Counted from the first letter of the stretch, positions 1-9,823 are shown. The stretch: DNA of 32,000 bases from Candidatus Electronema halotolerans (GCA_942493095.1 OW818675.1:1560001-1592000), one strand, 5' to 3'. Notes: a model not told the origin generated them from the letters alone. Translations and numbers: made by a program.

Positions 1-589
1 CAGCAGCGACATGTTTTTCGTTCAGATTTTTAAATTCAAGCGGAATGCTGATGATCTGAAGTTTGTTCTCCTTCTTCCGCAGAAGAATAATGTAATCTCC
101 GGCACTCTGGGTCGGGCCGCCTGCTGCTGCTGCCGCCTCGATAACCGCAGTTTTCGCTTTCAGGACAAACTTGCCTGGACTGTTGACATCACCCAAGACA
201 TAATAACATTGTCCGGCCAAATCCTGCGGCATGACTGTCACCCTTGGATTTTTATAATACAAAGCCAGCTTCTTGGTCAGCGCGGCTTGTAGTTCATCCA
301 CCGTCAAGCCTGCCGCCTGCACAGAACCGATGAGCGGATAATGAATGGCTCCGACAGGATCAACTGTCACCTGTCTGGTCAGAGTGTCCTGCCCCCAGAC
401 TTCGATGTTCAGGGAATCTCCGGCAGCCAGCCGCAGCTCCTTTGGGCCGTCTTGGTCCACAGCCTGCTCCGCCTTTTTGTCAACAGCAGCCGGATAGTCC
501 TTGACTGAAAATTCCACCTCCTTTTCACTGCATCCGCCAGTCAGGAGGGCAAAACAGCAGCAGAGGAGCAGGGCAAGCGCCTTGATCAT
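1..589 (-). CDS. Polysaccharide export lipoprotein (Wza-like, poly_export/SLBB), truncated by window edge
   Basis: Not in the supplied ORF track. Minus-strand reading from 589 gives MIKALALLLCCCFALLTGGCSEKEVEF...LRLAAGDSLNIEVWGQDTLTRQVTVDPVGAIHYPLIGSVQAAGLTVDELQAALTKKLALYYKNPRVTV..., open to position 1. Lipobox LTGGC plus poly_export-type motif. Start overlaps the upstream stop as ATGA. Confidence 0.87.
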   Translation of the reverse strand, partial: MIKALALLLCCCFALLTGGCSEKEVEFSVKDYPAAVDKKAEQAVDQDGPKELRLAAGDSLNIEVWGQDTLTRQVTVDPVGAIHYPLIGSVQAAGLTVDELQAALTKKLALYYKNPRVTVMPQDLAGQCYYVLGDVNSPGKFVLKAKTAVIEAAAAAGGPTQSAGDYIILLRKKENKLQIISIPLEFKNLNEKHVAA

Positions 590-1764
590 GATTTGTCGTC
601 CACCTTGATGATGATTTTGCCGTCCTTCCGGGTGGAGGAACGCTGGATGGCGTGGATGGTTTCGGCAAAGGGCAGGCGGGCGGTGATCATTGCTTCAATG
701 GGCAGCCGCCCGGCGGCCAGCAGGCGGATGATGTTCGGGAAGATGCCGCAGCCTGCATGGCCTCGTGCGCCGACAATCCGGTTTGCGCCTGTGACCAAGG
801 TGTCCAAGGTGATCGGCACTGCCCGGCCTGCCCTGCCCAGATAGACAATCACTCCGTTGACCGCCAGCGAGGCTTCCATTTCCGGGATGGTCTGCCACGC
901 CGCGCCTGCCGCCTCCACCTGCACATCCGCGCCTCTGCCCGCAGTCTGCTCCAAGACGATGTCTCTGGGACGGATGCCCGCCGCTGCCACCTCGTTAAAA
1001 TCATATACTTGAGATGCGCCCATTTTGGCGGCAATGGCCAGACGTTCCGGGATAAAGTCAAAGGCCAGCACCTGACTGGCTCCGCTGGCCATTGCCAAGG
1101 CCACAGCCCCCAAGCCTATCGGTCCTGCGCCATAGACCGCGACTGCCGCGCCAGGCAGAAAACCGCCCGCGCTGATGAACAGGCCATTGTAGGCGCAGCC
1201 GACCGGCTCAATCAAGGCACCAATATCAAACAGCAGCTCGTCGCTGTAGTGCCGGGCAAGGCTGTCAATCTTCCAAACCTGCCGACTGCTGACCACGGCA
1301 TAGTCAGCCAAGGCTCCATCCACGGTGATGCCTGCCAATTCCGCCTGACAGCACTGGTTGGGCGCGCCGCTCCGGCAGGGGGTGCAGGTCCCGCACCAGA
1401 CAATGCTTTCCGCTGCCACTATATCGCCGGGCGTGACATTGCTGACACTGCTGCCGACTTGCTCGACAAGGCCGGAATATTCGTGGCCAATGATGCAGGG
1501 CAGCTTGGCCGGGCCGGAAAAGATGATATAGCCGTCCGCATCGGTTTCATAGAGATGGGTGTCAGACCCGCAGATGCCGCAGCGTTTGACCCGAATCAGC
1601 ACCTCGTGGGCCGCAAGGTCGGGAACAGGCCGCACCTCCTGAAAAAAGCGGGAATTCTTCCAAACCTGAGAGCCGGACACTGCCCGCTTCCTGCGTTCTT
1701 CCTCTAAGCTGAGGGGATAGTCCGGGCGCGGCGACCAGTCCGCATCGACAATAAATGCCTTCAT
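586..1764 (-). CDS. Zinc-dependent medium-chain alcohol dehydrogenase / threonine-sorbitol dehydrogenase-like
   Basis: GHEYSGLVEQVG, RCGICGSDTHLYE, structural Zn Cys cluster CGTCTPCRSGAPNQCC, Rossmann GAGPIGLGAVALA. Start MKAFIVDADW at 1764 preferred over 1779 because it gives an ATGA overlap with the upstream gene. Confidence 0.9.
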   Translation of the reverse strand: MKAFIVDADWSPRPDYPLSLEEERRKRAVSGSQVWKNSRFFQEVRPVPDLAAHEVLIRVKRCGICGSDTHLYETDADGYIIFSGPAKLPCIIGHEYSGLVEQVGSSVSNVTPGDIVAAESIVWCGTCTPCRSGAPNQCCQAELAGITVDGALADYAVVSSRQVWKIDSLARHYSDELLFDIGALIEPVGCAYNGLFISAGGFLPGAAVAVYGAGPIGLGAVALAMASGASQVLAFDFIPERLAIAAKMGASQVYDFNEVAAAGIRPRDIVLEQTAGRGADVQVEAAGAAWQTIPEMEASLAVNGVIVYLGRAGRAVPITLDTLVTGANRIVGARGHAGCGIFPNIIRLLAAGRLPIEAMITARLPFAETIHAIQRSSTRKDGKIIIKVDDKS

Positions 1765-3284
1765 AACGTTTGCCAGCACTCCAATGGCAGAGCCTTTTTG
1801 TTGATCTTGCCGCCCCCGGTTTTCGGCAGGGCAGCAAGCAGGGTGAAACGTCGCGGCACCATATAGGAGGCAAGACGATTCCGGCAGAACATGGTCAGCT
1901 CATCCGCCGCAAGCTGCGCCCCTGCTTTGGGCACAACAAAGGCCTGCGGCACTGAACCGTGCCGCCGTTCATTCATGCCGATCACTGCCGCCTCGTGGAT
2001 GCCGGGATGTCGGAGCAGCACCTGCTCTATTTGCAGCGGATAGACTTTCAGACCCGCCACCTTGATCATACCACTTTTCCGCTCGGCAAAATGATAAAAA
2101 CCACCGCTGTCCTGCCACGCCAGATCACCGCTGCAATACCAGCCTGCCTGGGCCGGGAAAGGCATTTCACCCCAGTATGCGCTGACCACTGCCGGACCAG
2201 ATAAAAGCAGCTCGCCGATTTCACCGTGCCGCACCTCGCGGCCCTGCTCATCAACCAATTTGACTTGATAATGCGGACAAGGCTTGCCCATCCCTCCGTC
2301 AGCCCGGCGGCAGCCAAGCGCATTGGCCAAGGCAATGCCGGTGGTTTCCGTGCTGCCCCAGACCGGCAGCAGCGGCACCTGAAAGGCGGCAAGAAAATTC
2401 TCCTGCAAGGCGGGCGGAGTGAACATGCCGCCGCTCTCAGCTATCCGCAGGCTCGGCAGCGGCGTGTCCGCGCAGTGCTCGGCCAGCATCTTGTACATCA
2501 CTGCCAACCCCATCACGCAGGTGACGTGATATTGCTTGATGGCCCGGACTATGGCTTTTGGATTGATCTCCGGCAGCAGGACCAGCGAGCCGCCGGTATA
2601 AAGTGCTCGGCTGAACAGCTCATGCGGATGGGCAAAGGCAGCAAAGATGCAGAGATGGACATCCGCTTCAGTCAGCGCAAATGCCTCTATCGCCGAGCGG
2701 GTATTCCAATAGATGTTGGCATGAGTGCAGACCGCACCCTTGGGCTGCCCGGACGAGCCGGAGGTGAAGTTCAGATAAGCGGTTTCTTCCGGGCTGATCT
2801 GCGGCAGCTCAGGCAGAGGACTGTGCTGGAGACAATCGCTCCAGTTGACAAACGAGGAGCGATGCTCTTCCGTTGCCCTGCCCACCGAAATAACCACTGC
2901 GCCGCATTCCCTAAGAAAATCCTGCACCTCGCTGCTGATCACGCTTGCATCAACAACAATGACTGCCGGGGCCAGCAGGGCAAGCGTGGTTTTGATGCTT
3001 TCCGGGCTGTCCAAATAGTTGACCGGCACTGGCAGACAGCGGGCTAAATTGGCGGCAAAAAATGAAAGCACCAATTCCGGCCTGCGCGGCAGCAGGAGGC
3101 AGACTCGCGCTCCAGCCTGCACGCCGTTCCCGGCCAGAAAACCTGCCAAGCGCAGGGCTGTGCGCTGGCTCTCCGCAAAAGAGAAACTGCCGTGGGCCGA
3201 ATAAATAAAGGTTTTTTCCGGCTGCACCCCCGCCTGATGGGACAGAGTGCCGGTCACAGTCTGCACCTGCGACGAAAAGGACAT
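1761..3284 (-). CDS. AMP-dependent synthetase/ligase (acyl-CoA or acyl-ACP synthetase-like)
   Basis: AMP-binding motif YLNFTSGSSGQPKGAVCTH, WGSTETTG, YCSGDLAW, C-terminal PKTGGGKINKKAL. Confidence 0.92.
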   Translation of the reverse strand: MSFSSQVQTVTGTLSHQAGVQPEKTFIYSAHGSFSFAESQRTALRLAGFLAGNGVQAGARVCLLLPRRPELVLSFFAANLARCLPVPVNYLDSPESIKTTLALLAPAVIVVDASVISSEVQDFLRECGAVVISVGRATEEHRSSFVNWSDCLQHSPLPELPQISPEETAYLNFTSGSSGQPKGAVCTHANIYWNTRSAIEAFALTEADVHLCIFAAFAHPHELFSRALYTGGSLVLLPEINPKAIVRAIKQYHVTCVMGLAVMYKMLAEHCADTPLPSLRIAESGGMFTPPALQENFLAAFQVPLLPVWGSTETTGIALANALGCRRADGGMGKPCPHYQVKLVDEQGREVRHGEIGELLLSGPAVVSAYWGEMPFPAQAGWYCSGDLAWQDSGGFYHFAERKSGMIKVAGLKVYPLQIEQVLLRHPGIHEAAVIGMNERRHGSVPQAFVVPKAGAQLAADELTMFCRNRLASYMVPRRFTLLAALPKTGGGKINKKALPLECWQTL

Positions 3285-3360
3285 CGGTTCAGGGAAAAAT
3301 AAAGCGAATCAGGACAGCAGCGTTACAGAGAAAAGGAGAGCTGGATGCAGAGGGGTTCGA

Positions 3361-3395
3361 TTCGCTGCCAGAGGCCGGGATGCTCCGGCAGCGAA
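3361..3395. promoter_or_regulatory. Strong stem-loop between tatA-like gene and ligase gene
   Basis: TTCGCTGCCAGAG (3361-3373) / loop GCCGGGATG / CTCCGGCAGCGAA (3383-3395): 13-bp arms with one A-C mismatch, 5 nt beyond the stop of the 3401-3655 gene. No T-run seen on the minus strand. Confidence 0.5.
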
Positions 3396-3400
3396 GCACG

Positions 3401-3655
3401 TTACTTTGTCAGCACCCTGCCAATATCTTTGGCCTTGTCGATCTTGTCCTGCACTGCGGCAACCTCGCGCACACCGGGCAGTTTTTTGGTCATGCCCTCC
3501 AAGCCGACCGCGTCTTCAACCTCATTCAGCCCATCTTTGAATGAACGAATGGCCTTGCCCAGACCTGCCCCGACCTCCGGCAGCTTCTTACCGCCAAAGA
3601 GAAGAAAGGCAATAGCCATGATGGCAATCAGTTCAGGGGTTCCAAGTCCAAACAT
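3401..3655 (-). CDS. Twin-arginine translocase TatA/TatE/TatB family protein
   Basis: MFGLGTPELIAIMAIAFLLFGGKKLPEVGAGLGKAIRSFKDG: single TM, FGxxxLPE motif and amphipathic helix. Confidence 0.9.
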   Translation of the reverse strand: MFGLGTPELIAIMAIAFLLFGGKKLPEVGAGLGKAIRSFKDGLNEVEDAVGLEGMTKKLPGVREVAAVQDKIDKAKDIGRVLTK

Positions 3656-3658
3656 GCT

Positions 3659-3892
3659 TCATATCTCCTTGCTGTCCTTTTCGTCAATTGCTTTGGCATC
3701 GTCGTCCGGCTTTTTGACGCTGTCCTTGAAGTTTCTAATTCCTTTGCCAATCCCTGAGCCGATCTCCGGCAGCCTGCCGGCTCCGAAAATGATCACAGTA
3801 ATGATCAGAATGACAAGCAGTTCAGGCATTCCAAGACCAAACATAACTGCACCTCCAGATTGAATTTTCAGACAAAGGCATCGACCGGACAT
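3659..3892 (-). CDS. tatA: Twin-arginine translocase TatA/TatE family protein (second tandem copy); start likely at the internal [10 protein letters not shown]
   Basis: [45 protein letters not shown]. Start GMPELL sits 16 codons into the ORF, i.e. near 3847. Confidence 0.9.
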   Translation of the reverse strand: MSGRCLCLKIQSGGAVMFGLGMPELLVILIITVIIFGAGRLPEIGSGIGKGIRNFKDSVKKPDDDAKAIDEKDSKEI

Positions 3893-3951
3893 CCTTCAAT
3901 GTAGCATTGCGCACTGACTGCTGTCAACAAGGATTCCTTGTCTTCTCAGAG

Positions 3952-4935
3952 TTAGGCTGCTGACTTGGGAAATGGCTTTTCAGCACGAACGCTGGAAGAA
4001 GACGGCGCAGGCCGTTTGCCACTTTGCTGCTGGATGGCGGACATGGCCGTGGCGATCATGCCTGCCACATCAGTCAGATTGCCGGGCAGAATCATGGTGT
4101 TGTTTTCTTTGGCCAGCTTGCCGAATTCATCCAGATATTTTTTGGCCACATCCAAGCGGGCCGCCTCGATGCCGCCAGGCACGGCCAGCGACTCAGCAAC
4201 TTTGCGAATGCCCTCAGCCGTGGCGCTGGCAACCTTGAGAATTTCCTGCGCCCGGCCTTCAGCCTCGTTGATCCGCTTCATCTTCTCACCTTCAGACTTG
4301 GCGATAGCCTCCTGCCGGTCACCCTCAGCCCGGTTGATCACGGCCTGCCGGTCGCCTTCAGAACGGGCGATTTCAGCCCGCTTCTCGCGTTCAGCCCGCA
4401 TCTGTTTTTCCATGGCTTCCAAAATTGAGGGATTTGGCTTTATATCCTTGATTTCGTAGCGAAACAACTTGATGCCCCAGTTCTGCGCCGCCTCGTCCAG
4501 CGCCTCGACCACCTGCTGATTGAGAGTTTCTCTGGATTCAAAGGTCTTGTCCAAGGGCATTTTGCCAATCGCGGAACGGAGCGAAGTCTGGGCCAACTGC
4601 GAGGCAGCTCCGTAATAGTTCTCAACCCCATAGACTGCCTGTCTGGAGTTGACCACTTGGATATACATGACACCATCCACGGCAAGACTGACATTGTCGG
4701 CAGTGATGCAGGTCTGGCTGTCAATGTCAACAGCCCGTTCCTTGAGATTGGTCTTATAGGCGACCTTATCCAAAAAAGGAACCAGAATATGAAAGCCCGC
4801 CTCCAGCGTGGTGCGGTATTTACCGAGCCTTTCGACAATATACTCCTGCCGCTGCGGCACAACAATCGCTGTTTTCAGCAGGACAATGACAATAAAGATG
4901 ATCAGCGCAATGATGCCGAACAGAAAGCCGCTCAT
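3952..4935 (-). CDS. SPFH/Band 7 membrane protein (stomatin/paraslipin, QmcA-like)
   Basis: N-terminal TM, VPQRQEYIVERLGKYRTTLEAGFHILVPFLDKV, ERAVDIDSQTCITADNVSLAVDGVMYIQV, Ala/Glu-rich coiled coil. Confidence 0.93.
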   Translation of the reverse strand: MSGFLFGIIALIIFIVIVLLKTAIVVPQRQEYIVERLGKYRTTLEAGFHILVPFLDKVAYKTNLKERAVDIDSQTCITADNVSLAVDGVMYIQVVNSRQAVYGVENYYGAASQLAQTSLRSAIGKMPLDKTFESRETLNQQVVEALDEAAQNWGIKLFRYEIKDIKPNPSILEAMEKQMRAEREKRAEIARSEGDRQAVINRAEGDRQEAIAKSEGEKMKRINEAEGRAQEILKVASATAEGIRKVAESLAVPGGIEAARLDVAKKYLDEFGKLAKENNTMILPGNLTDVAGMIATAMSAIQQQSGKRPAPSSSSVRAEKPFPKSAA

Positions 4936-5408
4936 TTCCCTTCCTCCTTGTCCGCATCCAGCCTGCGGACTTTGATAATAAGGTCTTTCCGCTCCACCAC
5001 CGCCACTACAGCGCCTGCGGGGATCGGCTCATCCGCAACAGACAGCCATGAGGAGCCGCCGTATTTGACCCGGCCCCTTGCCGGAGGCGAGATGGCTTCG
5101 GTCACCACGCCGGTGGCCGGAGCAGAATCAACATTTACTGAATCGCTATTCTCAGTTTCTTTGCCGAAAAAAATCGAGCGGAGCCATGATCTGAGCAGGA
5201 ACAAGCTGATCAGAGAACTGACTAAAAAAACTGACAGCTGGGTGTTTAAAGACAAGCCGGCCATTGCCAGCACCGCCGCCACGCACCATGCGCCGATGCC
5301 AAAGAAAAACATGATGAAGCCGGGCAGAATCAGCTCGGCAACAAAGAAGCCGATGCCCAGCAGGAACCAGATCAGCACCGGCGAAAGCAGGGAGTAAATA
5401 TCTGTCAT
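4932..5408 (-). CDS. NfeD family membrane protein
   Basis: WFLLGIGFFVAELILPGFIMFFFGIGAW multi-TM, C-terminal OB-like GRVKYGGSSWLSVADEPIPAGAVVAVVERKDLIIKV. Overlaps the start of the SPFH gene, the classic partner. Confidence 0.9.
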   Translation of the reverse strand: MTDIYSLLSPVLIWFLLGIGFFVAELILPGFIMFFFGIGAWCVAAVLAMAGLSLNTQLSVFLVSSLISLFLLRSWLRSIFFGKETENSDSVNVDSAPATGVVTEAISPPARGRVKYGGSSWLSVADEPIPAGAVVAVVERKDLIIKVRRLDADKEEGK

Positions 5409-5493
5409 TTTCGCTCCTTGGCAAAAGTCAGAACAGATGCGGCGCGTTGCTTGAGGGCATTATACTCTGTTCCGGCCCGAAGAAAAAGCCTGA

Positions 5494-6708
5494 TCAGACA
5501 AAAATCACCTTGCAGAAACGCCGCTTGCCCACTTTGAGGAGCAGCTCGCCGGAAGTTGGCATCAGCGTGTTGACATCTGTCGCCTTTTCGCTGTCAACTG
5601 TGACCGCGTTCTGCTGGATCATCCGGCGGCCTTCAGAAACAGAAGCCACCAGCCCGGCATCCAAGAGCAGGCGCGGCAGGGGAATGCCTTCGTCCTGTTT
5701 TGCCAGTATTTTTTCTGGAATCTCGTCAGGCAGCTCGTGCTTTTTGAAGACCTGCTCAAAATGCTGCTCTGCTGCGTCTGCTGCCGCCTGATCGTGGAAA
5801 CGGGCCACTAATTCCTTGGCCAGCCGCACCTTGACTGCCTTGGGATGGGCTTTGCCTTGGGCCACGTCCTCTTTCAGCCTGCTGATTTCAGCCAAAGACA
5901 AATCACTGAGCAGCTCATAATAGCGGAACATCAGCTCATCACTGATGGACAGCGTCTTGCCGAAAATCTCATTGGGCGGCTCGCAGATGCCGATGTAATT
6001 GCCCAGTGATTTGCTCATCTTGTTGACCCCGTCCAAGCCTTCCAGCAGGGGCGTGGTCAGGACAACTTGGGGCTGCATTCCTCTGGAACGCTGCATCTCC
6101 CGGCCCATGAGCAGGTTGAAAAGCTGGTCTGTGCCGCCCAGCTCCACGTCCGCCTCTAAAGCAACCGAGTCATATCCCTGAAACAACGGATAGAAAAATT
6201 CGTGAATGGAAATAGGCTGGTTAGAGCTGAAACGTTTTTTAAAATCGTCCCGCTCCAGCATCCGGGCCACAGTCAGCTCTGAGGCCAGTTTGATCATGTC
6301 ATGGGCTGAGAGCTGGCCCAGCCAGTCCGCGTTGAAGACCACCTCGGTTTTCTCCGGGTCCAGCAGCTTGAAGACTTGGCTTTTGTAGGTCTCGGCGTTG
6401 CAGAGCACCTCTTCCCGGCTCAGGGCTGGCCGGGTTTCTGACTTGCCGGTCGGATCGCCGATCATGGCCGTGAAGTCGCCGATCAGAAAGCAGACCTGAT
6501 GGCCGAGATGCTGGAACTGGCGCAGCTTCTGGAGCAGCACGGTGTGGCCGAGATGCAAATCAGGGGCAGTCGGATCAAAACCGACCTTGACCCGGAGCGG
6601 TTTGCCGCTTTGCCAGGCAGATTCAAGTTTCTTGGTCAGCTCCTCTTTGGAGACCAGCCCTTCGCAGCCCCGCTCTATCAGGGCAAGCTGTTCCTCAACC
6701 GTTGGCAT
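5494..6708 (-). CDS. tyrS: Tyrosyl-tRNA synthetase
   Basis: [25 protein letters not shown] (HIGH), [20 protein letters not shown]-terminal S4-like domain [18 protein letters not shown] opens at 6747; MPTVEEQ (6708) or MQNKTT (6726) are likelier starts. Confidence 0.96.
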   Translation of the reverse strand: MPTVEEQLALIERGCEGLVSKEELTKKLESAWQSGKPLRVKVGFDPTAPDLHLGHTVLLQKLRQFQHLGHQVCFLIGDFTAMIGDPTGKSETRPALSREEVLCNAETYKSQVFKLLDPEKTEVVFNADWLGQLSAHDMIKLASELTVARMLERDDFKKRFSSNQPISIHEFFYPLFQGYDSVALEADVELGGTDQLFNLLMGREMQRSRGMQPQVVLTTPLLEGLDGVNKMSKSLGNYIGICEPPNEIFGKTLSISDELMFRYYELLSDLSLAEISRLKEDVAQGKAHPKAVKVRLAKELVARFHDQAAADAAEQHFEQVFKKHELPDEIPEKILAKQDEGIPLPRLLLDAGLVASVSEGRRMIQQNAVTVDSEKATDVNTLMPTSGELLLKVGKRRFCKVIFV

Positions 6709-6715
6709 TGTCGTC

Positions 6716-8281
6716 TTATTTTGCATATTCCACTGCTCTGGTCTCACGAATCACCGTAACCCGTATCTGGCCGGGATAGGTGAGCTTTTCCTCAATGGCC
6801 TTGGCAATGTCGCGGCTCATCAGGGTTGCCTCGTCATCCTTCACCTTATGACTGTCCACAACGATCCGCAAGTCACGGCCTGCCTGCACTGCATACGATT
6901 TATCCACGCCCGGAAAGGCATTGGCAATATTCTCCAAGTCCTCCAGCCGCTTGACATAGCTTTGCAGCATTTCCTTGCGCGCTCCAGGCCGGGCACCGGA
7001 AAGCGCGTCCGCCGCCTGCACAAGAATGTCCAGCACCCCCTGCGGCGGCACTTCCTCGTGATGCGCGCCAATGGCATAGACAATATCGTCGCGCTCGCCG
7101 TATTTTTTCGCCAGATCGCGGCCAATGGCGGCATGAGAGCCTTCCACCTCGTGATCAACCGCCTTGCCGATGTCATGAAGCAGGCCAGCCCGCTTGGCCT
7201 TTTTCACATCCATGCCCAGCTCGGCAGCCATTATGCCGCAGAGAAAGGCCACTTCCAAGGAGTGCTGAAGGATGTTCTGGCCATAGCTGGACCGGTATTT
7301 CAACCGTCCGATCAAATTGACCAAATCAACATGGATGCCATGCACACCCACATCAAAGGTGGCTTTTTCGCCTGCCTCCTTGATCTCCACATCCAAGTCG
7401 TTGGTGACTTTGGCCACCACCTCCTCAATCCGGGCTGGATGAATTCTGCCGTCAGAAATGAGTTGAAGGAGCGACTGCCGGGCCACCTCGCGCCGGATCG
7501 GGTTGAAGCCGGAGAGGATCACCGCTTCCGGGGTGTCGTCAATAATGATGTCAATGCCGGTGGCCGCCTCAATGGCCCGGATGTTGCGGCCTTCCCTGCC
7601 AATGATCCGGCCCTTCATCTCGTCATTGGGCAGCGGCACCATGGACACCGTCCTGTCCGCCACATAATCCCCAGCATAGCGGGCAACAGCCAAGGCAAGG
7701 ATGTTTTTTCCTTTGCGGTCCGCCTCCAGCTTTAGCTCGCTCTCTATTTTGGTCAGCCGCTTGGCCGCGTCCATGCGGGCCTCGCTTTCCATAGAGTCCA
7801 TGAGCAGCTTTTTGGCCTCATCGCAGCTGATGCCGGATAGCTGCTCCAATTTGCGCCGCTGCTCAACGATAAGGGACTCAGCCTGCTGCTCCCGCTGGGC
7901 CGCGTTCTGCTCCCGCACTGTCAATTTCTTCTCTGCAGTGGCCAGTGCTGTTTCCTTATCCTTCAGCTCATTCAGTTCCTCATGAACCTTGTCTAATTTT
8001 CGCTCCAGCCGCCGCTGCTCGTTGTCAATTTCCTTCCGGGAAGCCTTGATCTCCAGCTCGGCTTCTTTTTTGGCCTGATATATCTCCTCCTTCATCTGGA
8101 GAAGATTCTCCTTTTTGATCTGCTCGGCCTCGTGAATGGCGTTTTCAATAATCAGCCGCCGCTGATTTTCGATATCAGCCTGCTCCCCCTCAACCAGCTT
8201 TTTTCGGAGAAAAAAACCGGCGGCTGCGCCCGCAGCCAAGGCCAAGCAGAACAGAAGCACTGTTATTCCACTCAGTAACAT
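6716..8281 (-). CDS. rny: Ribonuclease Y
   Basis: N-terminal TM plus long coiled coil, KH domain [41 protein letters not shown] domain [22 protein letters not shown]. Confidence 0.97.
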   Translation of the reverse strand: MLLSGITVLLFCLALAAGAAAGFFLRKKLVEGEQADIENQRRLIIENAIHEAEQIKKENLLQMKEEIYQAKKEAELEIKASRKEIDNEQRRLERKLDKVHEELNELKDKETALATAEKKLTVREQNAAQREQQAESLIVEQRRKLEQLSGISCDEAKKLLMDSMESEARMDAAKRLTKIESELKLEADRKGKNILALAVARYAGDYVADRTVSMVPLPNDEMKGRIIGREGRNIRAIEAATGIDIIIDDTPEAVILSGFNPIRREVARQSLLQLISDGRIHPARIEEVVAKVTNDLDVEIKEAGEKATFDVGVHGIHVDLVNLIGRLKYRSSYGQNILQHSLEVAFLCGIMAAELGMDVKKAKRAGLLHDIGKAVDHEVEGSHAAIGRDLAKKYGERDDIVYAIGAHHEEVPPQGVLDILVQAADALSGARPGARKEMLQSYVKRLEDLENIANAFPGVDKSYAVQAGRDLRIVVDSHKVKDDEATLMSRDIAKAIEEKLTYPGQIRVTVIRETRAVEYAK

Positions 8282-8619
8282 AATTGCATACCTGTATTAT
8301 TGACAGCAGTTTCCTCCTTGTCAGGGGAGAAGAACTGCGGAATAGGAAAATCGCTGACAACAGCACCTTGCGGTCAAAGGCAAGGCAGGGGAGGAGGGAA
8401 AAGGCTCTTCAGCGCGATGAAGCAGAGACAGACTCCGGCAGCAGGCTGCGCCGCCGCATTCCGCGCCGCAGCTGGGGGGAAGGGGGTTGCATGATATATG
8501 ACGAACCTGATTTTGTCAGAGTTGTTCTGCGCCAAACGGCCTTGCGTCCGCCAATTCTCTCAGCTCTGTCTCCTGCTGCGCCGCTCTGAAGCAGCAGGTC
8601 CGATGACGGCCAAGATTAT

Positions 8620-8790
8620 AAAAAAACCCGCGCTGCCGTGTCAACAGAATGATTAAACCTATAGTAAAATAGGTGGGCGCGCCATGCTGGCATCGGGAAA
8701 TCCGCAAGGTTTTCCGTCAGACCAGCAGATAGGAGCTGCCCTATCAATGAGAGTTGGCTCAATACTCCGTTGATCACCAACAGCGCAGGA
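8620..8790 (-). ncRNA. ssrS: 6S RNA candidate (SsrS)
   Basis: Minus-strand transcript closed by CCTGCGCTGTTGGTG (8789-8775) pairing with CACGGCAGCGCGGG (8640-8627): 14 bp with G-U pairs and one bulged G. It is followed directly by a T7 tract. Length is about 170 nt, with a largely unpaired centre and internal ATTGAGCC / GGTCTGACGG reminiscent of 6S. Located between a ZapB-like gene and rny. Confidence 0.62.
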
Positions 8791-8938
8791 AAGGCTGCTG
8801 TCTCTTTCTTCCTGTTTTATAAAATAAAAACGCAAAAAAAGCAAAGACAATTTTTTCGTTTTCCGATCTCAGGACAGCGGCGGAGAGGGCGACGGGCCAT
8901 GAAATCAGCTAATTGCCCGGCAAAATTTTTTCCTCAGC

Positions 8939-9226
8939 TCAGTCCTTCTTGTCCGGCTCCCCCTTGCCGAGCTTGGGACCGGCAGGCTTGGGCGCAAGCT
9001 CTGTTTCCCAGTCCTCAATCCGGCCCAGCAGACCGGAAACCCGGTTGGACACTTCTGACCGCTGCTTGTGCAGCTCATCAATTTCCAGCTTGAGCAGCTC
9101 GCACTCCTCCTCCCGGTCGCGGAGCTTTTTCTCAAAAGCCTGAAGCTTGCTCTTCTGCTCCCTGAAACGGCTGATCAGGGTTTCGACAAGCTGTTCAAGA
9201 CGGACTATTTCCTCATTGTTCTGCAT
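8939..9226 (-). CDS. ZapB-like coiled-coil cell division protein (hypothetical)
   Basis: VRLEQLVETLISRFREQKSKLQAFEKKLRDREEECELLKLEIDELHKQRSEVSNRVSGLLGRIEDWE: heptad-repeat coiled coil, ZapB-like length and neighbourhood. Confidence 0.6.
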   Translation of the reverse strand: MQNNEEIVRLEQLVETLISRFREQKSKLQAFEKKLRDREEECELLKLEIDELHKQRSEVSNRVSGLLGRIEDWETELAPKPAGPKLGKGEPDKKD

Positions 9227-9340
9227 GACGCGCTCCTCCTTGCAAGGCTCTGCGAGACAATTCGTGCTGCACGTTCAGACTGCGGAACAGAAAGTACTTA
9301 CCAGTTTTGGCCCTTGGCGGCAATCTAAAAATTCCAGCGG

Positions 9341-9823
9341 TCAGCGAAAACACTGCCAGCGCACCGGGCGGCCCTCTTGATACGGCAGGCAGCCGTAAAA
9401 AGGCCGGGGATCGTCATCAAAGACCAAGGGCAGAAAATAGCGGTCGCCTTCCCACAAGGGCAGATGATCTAGGGCGGCCAAGGGATGCCAAGCAAGCTCG
9501 CCTTCGGGGCAACGTTTTTTGGGCTGGCCGACAAAAGCGGTGATCAGAAAAATGAAGCCGAGCCAGTCTTCTCCGTCGGCTCCGAAGCCGGGCCAATTCA
9601 CCGTGCCGCGCAGATGCAGCTCCTGGCAGAGAATGCCTGCCTCCTCCTCAATTTCCCGCACCATGCAGGTATGCACATCCTCGTCAGGCCGCATCTTGCC
9701 GCCCAAGCCGTTGTATTTGCCGAAATGCTGATCATCCTGCCGGGCATTGCGGCGCAGGAGCAAAACCTGGCTGCGGTCCGGGGAAAGGACATAACCAAGG
9801 GTGCCGATGATGGGTTTGTACAC
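9341..9823 (-). CDS. Nudix hydrolase (8-oxo-dGTP diphosphatase-like)
   Basis: Nudix box around GLGGKMRPDEDVHTCMVREIEEEAGI. Confidence 0.92.
   Translation of the reverse strand: MYKPIIGTLGYVLSPDRSQVLLLRRNARQDDQHFGKYNGLGGKMRPDEDVHTCMVREIEEEAGILCQELHLRGTVNWPGFGADGEDWLGFIFLITAFVGQPKKRCPEGELAWHPLAALDHLPLWEGDRYFLPLVFDDDPRPFYGCLPYQEGRPVRWQCFR

Noticed and set aside
11-292. 93-aa plus-strand ORF at the left edge
   Set aside because: Antisense to the polysaccharide export lipoprotein gene, which has lipobox and family motifs.
652-1707. 351-aa plus-strand ORF
   Set aside because: Antisense shadow of the Zn-dehydrogenase.
3343-3375. GGTTCGATTCG resembling a tRNA T-loop
   Set aside because: No T-stem complementarity, acceptor stem or anticodon arm around it.
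6542-7735. 397-aa plus-strand ORF
   Set aside because: Fully antisense to rny/tyrS, with no recognisable motifs; a shadow ORF in GC-rich coding DNA.
8284-8589. 101-aa plus-strand ORF between rny and the 6S candidate
   Set aside because: No RBS or domain features; low-complexity Arg-rich translation typical of spurious ORFs.
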